A stretch of 23,072 nt of DNA from Candidatus Bathyarchaeia archaeon. Lineage in GTDB: Archaea; Thermoproteota; Bathyarchaeia; Bathyarchaeales; Bathycorpusculaceae. Both the position numbers and the translations under genes were made by a program. The stretch lies in contig JBEKTQ010000032.1 of assembly GCA_049515895.1 (NCBI GenBank), forward strand, positions 1-23,072, given 5' to 3'. The notes beneath the pieces are model-generated. The model did no database searches, had not been told where the DNA came from, and worked only from the letters and a program-made list of their open reading frames with translations. Below, piece after piece: positions 1 through 7,853 of the stretch. The stretch's first letter is position 1, and the number at the start of each line of letters is the position of its first letter.

Positions 1-346
1 GAAGCGTTCCATTGGTGATAAGGCTTGTATGAAGAGGAAGAGAACGAGAATATGCCAAAATTTCAGGCAAGTCTTTTCTCAAAAGCGGCTCTCCACCCTC
101 AAACCCCACAGCGCAAACACCTGAATCGTAAAATTGTCTCAGAATTTCTTTTTCCTTTAGGGTGCTTAAATTTTCACTGGACCGTCTCCAGAAAGGGCAC
201 ATTTTACACTTAAGGTTACAGTTATAAGTTAACTTATGTCCACCAAACAATGGCGCTTTTGCGCCGAGCGAGTTCAAAAGTAATCCACGATATAGCCTAA
301 TACCTACCCTAAATGTTTCCTGATAGTTGAATGCCTTGTTTTTCAA
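1..346 (-). CDS. Radical SAM protein, 5' part only (runs off the window); resembles the archaeal PTO1314-type/MoaA-PqqE-like group
   Basis: Not in ORF track. Manual translation from TTG at 346 gives MKNKAFNYQETFRVGIRLYRGLLLNSLGAKAPLFGGHKLTYNCNLKCKMCPFWRR...VGFEGGEPLLRKDLPEILAYSRSLPLHTSLITNGTL. It has the CxxxCxxC, GGEP and TNG motifs, with an SD-like GAGGT upstream. Confidence 0.9.
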   Translation of the reverse strand, partial: MKNKAFNYQETFRVGIRLYRGLLLNSLGAKAPLFGGHKLTYNCNLKCKMCPFWRRSSENLSTLKEKEILRQFYDSGVCAVGFEGGEPLLRKDLPEILAYSRSLPLHTSLITNGTL

Positions 347-648
347 AAACTTCGACCTCAATTAAAGTTTATTATGAGGGCGTGCGTTACATCGGAGATT
401 ACCGTTGAAAGTCAATTTATGTCCGCAAAATAGGGGTGCCTTAACGTCAAATAAGTTTGAGATAAAGCCATGATAAATCCCCATTCTTAACCAAAAGTTC
501 TCAACATAAGGGCGAATGTTTTTTTTTCCCCAGAATAGCTGAAAACCCGTCCCGTCCCTCCAAGATCAAATGAACAGTCTGCGAATCACATAGATAAAAA
601 CAAGTACTTTTCTTTTTTGTTTTGAGAGAAAGGGAGATTTTGCTTTCT

Positions 649-786
649 TTATTCTTTTTTCTTAAGTTCTTTCTTTATTCCTTTCCCAAAGTCCTCCACG
701 GCTTTAGCACCTTTCTTGATGCCTTTGCCGACTGCTTCTCCAGTTTTTTCTGCAGCATTTTCAATTTTTTTCTTCTCTTCAGGCAT
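649..786 (-). CDS. Small Lys/Glu-rich amphipathic protein, 45 aa (LEA/hydrophilin-like)
   Basis: MPEEKKKIENAAEKTGEAVGKGIKKGAKAVEDFGKGIKKELKKKE. Internal GKGIKK repeat at 14-aa spacing. SD GGTGAT just upstream; TATA-like CTTAA about 40 nt upstream. Confidence 0.75.
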   Translation of the reverse strand: MPEEKKKIENAAEKTGEAVGKGIKKGAKAVEDFGKGIKKELKKKE

Positions 787-831
787 TCCTATCACCTTCC
801 ATGTAAAGGCTGTTTATTGCAGAATTAAGTG

Positions 832-856
832 TGTGTGACTGTGAAGCCACAGCGAC
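832..856 (-). promoter_or_regulatory. Conserved 25-bp upstream box, copy 1 (LEA-like gene)
   Basis: Minus strand GTCGCTGTGGCTTCACAGTCACACA, followed by CACTTAA. Contains the palindrome CTGTG-N4-CACAG. Ends 46 nt before the ATG at 786. Confidence 0.6.
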
Positions 857-949
857 GTCTGGACATTACCCAAGGTTTTTGCTTGTAAAATAACCTCGCG
901 TTTTTGGGCTCTGAACCAGGCCTTAACTTTTCAAGCAGCATACCGTTTT

Positions 950-974
950 GTTGATGTGGAGCTACAGCTACACA
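950..974 (+). promoter_or_regulatory. Conserved 25-bp upstream box, copy 2 (FUN14-like gene)
   Basis: GTTGATGTGGAGCTACAGCTACACA, followed by AGTTTAT. Aligns ungapped with the other copies. Confidence 0.5.
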
Positions 975-1023
975 AGTTTATGAGCCGTTTGTACTCCTAT
1001 TGTTTAACTGGAGTTGTAGAGTT

Positions 1024-1350
1024 TTGGGCGCGATAGATCAAATATTTCATTTTATCACTTCTGGAAGCATAGCTGGCTTGCCACCCATTGTCTTGATGAT
1101 AATAATATTTGCCGTGGGATTGATCGTGGGCTATTTGATCCATTTATTCCTAAAAATCGCAATTATAGCTGCAATTGTACTTTTCGTGGTTGCCTACTTT
1201 GGTTTTTTCGGTTTGAGTCTTAGCGCGTTGAAGAATTATGCAACCCAATACGGCCCCATTGTGTATCAATACGGCGCACTTATCATAGGCATACTTCCAC
1301 TAAGCATCGGATTCATAATAGGCTTAATCATCGGCTTCGTATTCGGTTAA
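1024..1350 (+). CDS. Small membrane protein, FUN14-family-like
   Basis: Hydrophobic helices with GLIVGYLIHLFLKIA and a C-terminal LPLSIGFIIGLIIGFVFG, the pattern of archaeal FUN14 proteins. TTG at 1024 is preferred over 1000 because GGAG lies upstream. A T-tract follows the stop. Confidence 0.65.
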   Translation: MGAIDQIFHFITSGSIAGLPPIVLMIIIFAVGLIVGYLIHLFLKIAIIAAIVLFVVAYFGFFGLSLSALKNYATQYGPIVYQYGALIIGILPLSIGFIIGLIIGFVFG

Positions 1351-1534
1351 ACTAAACAGCCTTCTTTTTTCAATATACTACAATGGATGGCTAATTGTAA
1401 GCTTGCGGAATTCCTCAATCTAGACCCAAACTTGATTAGTTTTCCATGTCAACCAGTGGAGTGGTCAAGTCCGCACGTACCTAATAACGTCACCTGCCAA
1501 AGTAAAGTGTACTCAATGAAAATCTAACTACTTT

Positions 1535-1559
1535 GTTGCTGTAGATCCTCAGTCACAAA
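1535..1559 (+). promoter_or_regulatory. Conserved 25-bp upstream box, copy 3 (no clear downstream gene)
   Basis: GTTGCTGTAGATCCTCAGTCACAAA, followed by CTTTCAAAA. Part of a degenerate direct repeat with 1761-1829. Confidence 0.45.
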
Positions 1560-1762
1560 CTTTCAAAAACGTTTCAACACCTTATGATTAAAGGTAAAAA
1601 AAAGAAACGCTAAAGATCTGTTCAAGATGCAGTTAGAAGCCGGTAATGTTTATCAATTTAGATATGAGGAGTGTTTAAGATAGTATCTTGCTATTTTTGT
1701 TTGCGCAATTCCAAAGAAACACGTGGTTTTAAAACAGCAGTAAAACAAGAGCTACCATAATT

Positions 1763-1787
1763 GTTGCTGTTACTTCACATTCACAGA
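1763..1787 (+). promoter_or_regulatory. Conserved 25-bp upstream box, copy 4 (lmo0937-like gene 1)
   Basis: GTTGCTGTTACTTCACATTCACAGA, followed by CTTTTAAA. Ends 46 nt before the ATG at 1833. Confidence 0.6.
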
Positions 1788-1832
1788 CTTTTAAATAGAG
1801 TTTTTAAAACCTTAAAGGATTAGAGATAATTT

Positions 1833-1985
1833 ATGAAAAATGACGATTGGTTAATTCTGCTTGCGGTTGTAATATTTGTCCTTTGGTTTGTCGGCTTTTT
1901 CACAATTGGCGGATTGATAGACTTTCTGATTATTGTCGTCATAATTCTGGTAGTGCTCCGGCTGCTCCGAGGACGCAAATTATAA
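1833..1985 (+). CDS. lmo0937/DUF5670-family small membrane protein, 50 aa
   Basis: Not in ORF track. MKNDDWLILLAVVIFVLWFVGFFTIGGLIDFLIIVVIILVVLRLLRGRKL: two TM helices, LWxxG, GGLI and a C-terminal GR. Confidence 0.85.
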   Translation: MKNDDWLILLAVVIFVLWFVGFFTIGGLIDFLIIVVIILVVLRLLRGRKL

Positions 1986-2212
1986 TATTAACACTTCAGG
2001 TTCAAATAGTGGTGGCAAACTTTCCATGGTTTATTTTTTTCAATTTAACAGACAATTCAAATAATGTGTGATGAGCTCACTCCTAAGTGTTAATCTTTAA
2101 GATGACTGATCAAAGCGCTGCAGTTAAGCCCAGAGGAATTGATCTTGGACAAAAACAAACAAAGAAAAAAGTCGACCCATAACGGGCCTTGTTAGAACGT
2201 AGAGGATAAGGA

Positions 2213-2671
2213 ATGAACAAAACAAAACAGATTACAACAAAAGAAGAAAAACCCACAACAAAGGATGAAGAAAAACACGAAGAATACGCAATTAAAGATG
2301 AAAAAAGTCGAGTGCAAACAAAAGAAGAAATCAAGCAAGCGATCAAAGATTCGAAAGTTCTATATCTTAGTTTGAGCGGTGGCTGGGGACAGACAAGACA
2401 CTGGATAAAACAGTGGGAGAAAGATAATAGCAAGAAGATAGATGAATCTCCAGATTGGTACGATTCTGGGTATATTTGCCCTTATTGTGCAGAAAAAGTT
2501 GCAGAATTCTATGTACCTCCTCCGATTTCCACTATAATTTACAAATGTTCTAACAATCATAGATTTTCGCACAAAATGATGACAGCTAAAGAAAAACTAA
2601 CGCTGAAGGAAGAAGAAAAACAAGATATACTTAATGAGGCACGCGCTGAAAAAAAGCAGAACAAGAACTAG
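2213..2671 (+). CDS. Hypothetical charged protein with putative zinc ribbon
   Basis: 152-aa ORF with CPYC...CSNNH and Lys/Glu-rich ends; SD GAGGA upstream. Confidence 0.7.
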   Translation: MNKTKQITTKEEKPTTKDEEKHEEYAIKDEKSRVQTKEEIKQAIKDSKVLYLSLSGGWGQTRHWIKQWEKDNSKKIDESPDWYDSGYICPYCAEKVAEFYVPPPISTIIYKCSNNHRFSHKMMTAKEKLTLKEEEKQDILNEARAEKKQNKN

Positions 2672-2712
2672 TCGGTAAAAAGTTTGTTGAAAATGTCAAG
2701 TATGCTATCCGC

Positions 2713-3213
2713 ATGGTTAGGAGGACACCGTATATAGATGCTACCATCATAAAGCGTGAATATCAGGAGCATCGAGAGTTTTATCACCAAAAAATGAACA
2801 GTGCATTCACAAGTCGAACAAACAATATTTCGATTGGAGCTTTTGATAGCCTGTTCAGTGCAGTTGACTTCAGCGATACATCAACTTTATGGGAACGAAA
2901 AGCAGGTCTGGCCAAGAGCATAAATGATAACAAGATTGATGTTATGGGTGCTCTAATTGGAGCAATGTCGGCGTATATTGGTTCTCTCGGTGTACTTTTT
3001 CCGATTATACTCTTAGTTATTTCACAAGGCATGGCAGCTTTTGGCAACTATCTCGTGTATGGGTTCTTCGCAATCATGTTCTTCGGATTTTACGAAGGCT
3101 ACTTTAACCAAAACAGACTCAAAAGATTGGTTAAGGAACATAAAGACTACACCAGCGAATTTGACGAAATTACAGACTTGATTGAAAGAAAAAAGGACCT
3201 ACGAATTCGGTGA
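2713..3213 (+). CDS. Hypothetical two-TM membrane protein
   Basis: 166-aa ATG ORF with two hydrophobic segments followed by a charged helical tail; co-oriented 41 nt after the previous gene. Confidence 0.65.
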   Translation: MVRRTPYIDATIIKREYQEHREFYHQKMNSAFTSRTNNISIGAFDSLFSAVDFSDTSTLWERKAGLAKSINDNKIDVMGALIGAMSAYIGSLGVLFPIILLVISQGMAAFGNYLVYGFFAIMFFGFYEGYFNQNRLKRLVKEHKDYTSEFDEITDLIERKKDLRIR

Positions 3214-3309
3214 GTTACCAATACTACTGGTTGCTTCAGAAATAGAAATGTCGAGCTGGGTCAACCTTTCTTTGAGAGAGATTCTTTGAGCGTACAAGAG
3301 ATAAAAAAA

Positions 3310-3534
3310 CTATGGGTAGCTTTTATGCCTGTCCATTGTTTCTTTGGTCACTCTGGTTTTTCCTAAACCACCGTTGTGGGCGCTCAACACAAATTTCAAC
3401 GTATTTTCCTTAAAAAATTCTCTAAATTGATTACCACATTTAGTACACCTGTACATCTTAACATGGAATCGCCCAAAATTCCATTCCTTATCAGGTTCTT
3501 TCATATGGGCAGTACAATTCGGACATTTAGACAT
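3310..3534 (-). CDS. Small zinc-ribbon protein, possibly Cren7-like
   Basis: MSKCPNC...PDKEWNFGRFHVKMYRCTKCGNQFREFF. Two CxxC pairs. Internal ATG at 3534 is the likely start. Confidence 0.7.
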   Translation of the reverse strand: MSKCPNCTAHMKEPDKEWNFGRFHVKMYRCTKCGNQFREFFKENTLKFVLSAHNGGLGKTRVTKETMDRHKSYP

Positions 3535-3723
3535 AACTTTCAAGCCATATGCTAAGGCAAAAGTGACTATGTATACCATTTCAGGTACTAAGTCAAGAAG
3601 CGTGCGTCACGTTGCTAATGCATAATCTATTTTCAAGCTAATAATTTAGTTAAGAAAAAGAATTTAATTAGTTTAGGTGTAGCTTTTTGGGAAGTTTGGG
3701 TTAAGTTGTTTGTTTTAGTTTGG

Positions 3724-4053
3724 CTATGCAGATCTCAATTGCTTCCTTATGAAAATGAAAAGCACCAAAAAGAGCAGTGAGCCAACAACGCCTGAAGTTA
3801 GACCAATGATATACCAGGCCTTCCACGCCGGCATGAAAGTGCTAAGATACTTCAGCGACCCGATGAGAATGAAAATTGAAGCAGATCCGATTAATGCAAT
3901 TGCAAGGCCTAACAAAATACTGACAATTATGCCAGCAATCAAAATTCTTTGAATCCGTTTCTTAACGGTAGTCTTCGCTTCACGGACATACTCTCTTAGA
4001 ATGCTTTTTACCTCATTGAGCAATGCATTGATGATTTCCCTTACGAGCGGCAT
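3724..4053 (-). CDS. Two-TM membrane protein, YqjE/holin-X-like
   Basis: Amphipathic N-terminal helix (REYVREAKTTVKK), two TM helices with a PAW motif and a basic tail. The family call is by resemblance only. Confidence 0.6.
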   Translation of the reverse strand: MPLVREIINALLNEVKSILREYVREAKTTVKKRIQRILIAGIIVSILLGLAIALIGSASIFILIGSLKYLSTFMPAWKAWYIIGLTSGVVGSLLFLVLFIFIRKQLRSA

Positions 4054-4381
4054 CTAATTCTTACCGCTTCATCCAAAAAGCAATCTAATCAGAACCCTCA
4101 ATTGAACATTATTTACTTAGACGGACGGGGTAAGCAAGCTCAACTTACCAGTGCTCTGCGGCTAAGGTACCTGTTTGACATCAAATAATCCCTAATATTT
4201 CAGACAAGCCCAGCTTAAAAGACTTTCTTGAGACCGCCAAAGCAATCATTTGGCGCGGCACGCCAAGTTGTGGATGGGAGTTCACATAGACATCGACTTA
4301 ATTGCAACTTACACTGTAGTTATTGTAAAAGTAGCTAATTCTAAGCGAACTTGAAAACTGTTGGAAAGGAGGTGAAAATGA

Positions 4382-5395
4382 ATGGCAGATATAGTTGATA
4401 TTGCTGTTGAGGCTGGCCATTTCAAAACACTTGTCGCAGCAGTACAAGCAGCAGGATTAGTTGAAACATTGAAGGGTAAAGGACCGTTCACGATTTTTGC
4501 GCCAGATGATGGTGCTTTTGCATTGCTTCCATCAGGCACAGTCGATGGACTATTGAAAAATGTCCCAAAGCTCAAGGCGATTCTAATGTACCACGTTATT
4601 CCGGGAAAGTTTACGGTTGACGAAATAGGTCAAATGAAGACTGCTAAAACGCTTCAAGGCCAAGAAGTTAAGATTGACGGCCACCATTGGTGGTCTCTTC
4701 ACATAAACCCCATAATCAATAATGACGCACACATTACGAGCACAGACATTGTAACGGAGAACGGCATGATACACGTTTTGGACAGAGTGCTTATGCCAAA
4801 TATGGAGCTTACGTGTCCAGTATGTGGAATGGGTTTCATGACCATGGAAGCCATGAGTGCTCATACAAAGATGGGTCACGTAGCTGAGAAAGCTCCAGAG
4901 CTGATGCAGGTAGTTGAGACGGCGCCTGAACCATTGCCACCCACTGAAGTGATAACTGAACAGATGCCTGTAGTAGAGAAAGTGACAGGAGTTTTTGAGG
5001 TTTTACTTGATGCTGTTGGTAGGTTCCGTTTCCATCTGAAAGCTGCTAACGGGCAAATAATTGCTGTAAGCCAATCGTACGGGACAAAAGAGTCCGCTCT
5101 AAAAGGCATTGCTTCAATAAAAAAGAATGCTCCAATAGCTAAGACCGCGGATTTCACATCGGGAGGGACTATACCAGAGTCTGCGCATCGAGCTGGAATT
5201 GTACAAGACACGGTTTTCGAAATTCAATTCAATGCTCCTGACAGGTTCCGTTTCCATCTGAAAGCTGCCAACGGGGAGATAATTGCTGTAAGCCAATCCT
5301 ATCTATCAAAACAATCAGCCGAAAATGGCATAGCATCAGTGAAGAAGAATGCTCCAATGGCCAAGATTATCGATCAAACCACTGCGGTGACCTAA
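4382..5395 (+). CDS. Fasciclin (FAS1) + C2H2 zinc finger + tandem DUF1508 (YegP) fusion protein
   Basis: FAS1 motifs GPFTIFAPDDGAF, ILMYHV and NGMIHVLDRVL. CPVC-x12-H-x4-H. Two RFRFHLKAANGxIIAVSQSY..K.SA..GIAS.KKNAP repeats. Strong SD GGAGGTGA; T-tract downstream. Confidence 0.9.
   Translation: MADIVDIAVEAGHFKTLVAAVQAAGLVETLKGKGPFTIFAPDDGAFALLPSGTVDGLLKNVPKLKAILMYHVIPGKFTVDEIGQMKTAKTLQGQEVKIDGHHWWSLHINPIINNDAHITSTDIVTENGMIHVLDRVLMPNMELTCPVCGMGFMTMEAMSAHTKMGHVAEKAPELMQVVETAPEPLPPTEVITEQMPVVEKVTGVFEVLLDAVGRFRFHLKAANGQIIAVSQSYGTKESALKGIASIKKNAPIAKTADFTSGGTIPESAHRAGIVQDTVFEIQFNAPDRFRFHLKAANGEIIAVSQSYLSKQSAENGIASVKKNAPMAKIIDQTTAVT
5021..5298 (+). repeat. Intragenic direct repeat (the two DUF1508 units)
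   Basis: 5021-5076 vs 5243-5298: 53 of 56 nt identical, 222-nt (74-codon) spacing. Confidence 0.9.
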
Positions 5396-5625
5396 AACCT
5401 AAACATTTCCTTTATTTTTTTTCTTAGTCAGAACTAGGTAACTTGAGTCTATGGAGGGTTGGTCTAACTTCTTGTTTTTACTGTTTTTTACAGCACTATA
5501 TTTCCTGTAAAAATCCTGAAGCCAAGAAAGGCAAGAGATTCTCCCAACCTGTTTTTTTGGCTTTCACAGTTTACGAGCCAAAGTGATTGCCTAAGAAAAA
5601 AACAGGTGTGACAGACACGCATTTG

Positions 5626-6546
5626 CTACACAATGAGTGGCTCTTTTTTGCTGTCTACCGAAAAACCTCGTGTAGAAAAGATCAACACACCCAAAGCGAC
5701 TAAAACAAAAACGATTACCCCCGCCGCAACGTATGGCATTATGCTTAGCGTAGTGAATATAGCTGCAGGATTCAAAATCCCACCAAGAAATATCGCAAAA
5801 ATCATAACCCCAACAGACAGCATAAACGAAAACTTGTAGGGCCTGTCTGACTTGGTCTTAACTAATTTCTTTCTGTCAAGCTCGCCAACAAGAAAATTCA
5901 AGAAAACTCCTACCGAACCAATTAGCAACGGAATTGTTACAGAAAGGGTTTCGTAACGCATGCTGAAATCGATGAAATGATGCAAGCCAAGAACAGAAAA
6001 GAGAAGCAAAAGCAGAACGATAGCTATGGATCCAAAAAAGATGCACTTGTCAAGAAACTTCCCTGAGAGAGCTGGACCGTAAGTTCTTCTATTTGGCAAA
6101 GGTGTTTCGCCAGGCTTAATATCTTTCGTAGTTCTTCGTGTTAGTCCTGGCAGATCATTCGAAAGAAAGTAGATTTTGTGTTTCGGATCAAGCGGTAACT
6201 TGTTGCCATCCGAATCATACACCGCCTTGGTTACAATTCTTGAAAAAGGGAATAGCCATTCGACGCCTCTATCCCTTGTTGTAGTGAATGAATCCAAGAA
6301 CGAGTGAAGAAACGATCCGATGCCAAAAAAAGGGTTTATCAAATAAACTACGCCAATAAATAAAAAATTATGAAATAACGCACGATGTATTTGTCGGCGT
6401 CGAAAGGACTCCTTGCTGAAAAAACCATATTCCCTATCTAAATCGTTAATTGCCGAACCCACACCAACCATTAGTGCTATTTCTGGTCTGCCGAATAATA
6501 AGGCTCCAACAAGTATGCCAAACATAATATGGGTAGAAAGATTCAT
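5626..6546 (-). CDS. YdjM-family membrane-bound metal-dependent hydrolase with C-terminal TM extension
   Basis: THIMFG, NDLD, HRALFHN, HSFLD and GVEWLFPF motifs. ATG at 6546 (MNLSTH) is preferred as start. Confidence 0.85.
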   Translation of the reverse strand: MNLSTHIMFGILVGALLFGRPEIALMVGVGSAINDLDREYGFFSKESFRRRQIHRALFHNFLFIGVVYLINPFFGIGSFLHSFLDSFTTTRDRGVEWLFPFSRIVTKAVYDSDGNKLPLDPKHKIYFLSNDLPGLTRRTTKDIKPGETPLPNRRTYGPALSGKFLDKCIFFGSIAIVLLLLLFSVLGLHHFIDFSMRYETLSVTIPLLIGSVGVFLNFLVGELDRKKLVKTKSDRPYKFSFMLSVGVMIFAIFLGGILNPAAIFTTLSIMPYVAAGVIVFVLVALGVLIFSTRGFSVDSKKEPLIV

Positions 6547-6701
6547 GAGAACAACCCGTCGTCTTCTCACTGGACAACTAAAATATGAATGATTTTAAGA
6601 ATATAAAGGTAATTAGAGGCAGAATCGTCGGTTTTCCAGCATATTTAAACCCGAATACTGCAATTTCTTAATAAATTTTGGCATTGTCTTTATCCAGTCG
6701 C

Positions 6702-6869
6702 CTAACTTCCAACAATACCAATAACAACTATTATAGCTCCAACTATTGCCCTTATAACTCTAATTAGTTGTTCAGGAAAAGTTTGCTTCCGATACTTGAC
6801 TATACTCAAAACGCCATCTACAATAAGCCAAAAACCTAAACCTACCAGAACCATCGAAAGAACATTCAA
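6702..6869 (-). CDS. Small two-TM membrane protein, 55 aa
   Basis: Not in ORF track. MNVLSMVLVGLGFWLIVDGVLSIVKYRKQTFPEQLIRVIRAIVGAIIVVIGIVGS. TTG start with AGGT upstream. Confidence 0.7.
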   Translation of the reverse strand: MNVLSMVLVGLGFWLIVDGVLSIVKYRKQTFPEQLIRVIRAIVGAIIVVIGIVGS

Positions 6870-7165
6870 ATAATCTTACCTACTTTCCCCGCCAATTTGC
6901 CCCTTAACAAGGCAAATACTCTCTAAGATGAGTCTCAATTAAAGTTAATCTTTTTCGGTCCTATGGGCGATCCCGTCGACCATTTGCTTGACCATCATAA
7001 CTGTTTGATTTAACTGCTAACTGAATGCTAATTAACCTCAGGCTAAGTCTTTATGTTGGACCGTTTAACGCGCGCTTGGCGCGCAAAAGTTGAAAACCTT
7101 CTTTGAGTATGTTTTCCAAGCCTCCGGAATGGGCGATAGAAGCAACAAAAAAACCTTAACAAAGA

Positions 7166-7603
7166 ATGAAGCATGAAAGTATGAATAATGAAGACGGCGT
7201 TCACAAAGTGTTGTTTGTTTGTACAGGTAATGCATATCGTAGTCCAATATGCGAAGCACTTCTCAAAAAACTTAGACCGGATTTGGAAGTGGATTCTGCA
7301 GGAACAAGAATTGTAAGTAAAATCACAAAAGAAGCAATACAATACTTGAAGGCCGAAGATGCTCTACAGTATCTTAAGAGGAAACCTGAAAGCATTGACA
7401 GCAAACAATTGGAGCAGTATGATATTATTATTGCTATGGAAAAGAGACACAGAGACTCAGTCTTAAAGAAATGTCCTGAATGCAAAAACAAGATAGTTGT
7501 TTGGGATATTCCAGACAAGATTTTCTTTTTGCGTGGACGGACTGGAAAGATTGACAAGCAAATGAAAAAGAGTGTTACCGAATACGCAGCATCATTAATG
7601 TAA
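7166..7603 (+). CDS. Low-molecular-weight protein-tyrosine-phosphatase/ArsC family protein
   Basis: P-loop VLFVCTGNAYRS (Cx5R), plus DSAG, DIIIAM and WDIPD. The start may be the ATG at 7181. Confidence 0.9.
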   Translation: MKHESMNNEDGVHKVLFVCTGNAYRSPICEALLKKLRPDLEVDSAGTRIVSKITKEAIQYLKAEDALQYLKRKPESIDSKQLEQYDIIIAMEKRHRDSVLKKCPECKNKIVVWDIPDKIFFLRGRTGKIDKQMKKSVTEYAASLM

Positions 7604-7853
7604 GACCCGACAACGCATTCTTTGTTTGCATGGCAAATCAGAATCTCCCAAAGCTAACAAACAATAATGTGTCCACTTGCAACCTACCCTTTTTCTGTAC
7701 GCTGATGATGGCTGGCGTCAGCGCGCGGCAAAAGAATTATACTTATTTCTTTTGGTTTTCTATGGTGGAGCAGTATTCTGCGAGAATTATTTTCTTGCAA
7801 GATTTGGGCCGCTTAGGCAAAGCACGTTCTTCCGGGACTTCGAACGATAATTT

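Noticed and set aside
25-213. Plus-strand 62-aa ORF
   Set aside because: Shadow of the minus-strand radical SAM gene.
622-828. Phe-rich plus-strand ORF
   Set aside because: Antisense shadow of the Lys/Glu-rich gene at 649-786.
1847-2071. 74-aa Cys-containing ORF
   Set aside because: Off-frame overlap with the recognisable lmo0937-like gene at 1833-1985.
2102-2182. 26-codon ORF MTDQSAAVKPRGIDLGQKQTKKKVDP
   Set aside because: No SD or recognisable motif; too short to support.
4269-4320. Fluoride-riboswitch-like start (GATGGGAGTTCAC)
   Set aside because: The 3' pseudoknot/CUAAUGA-type element is absent and no fluoride-related gene follows.
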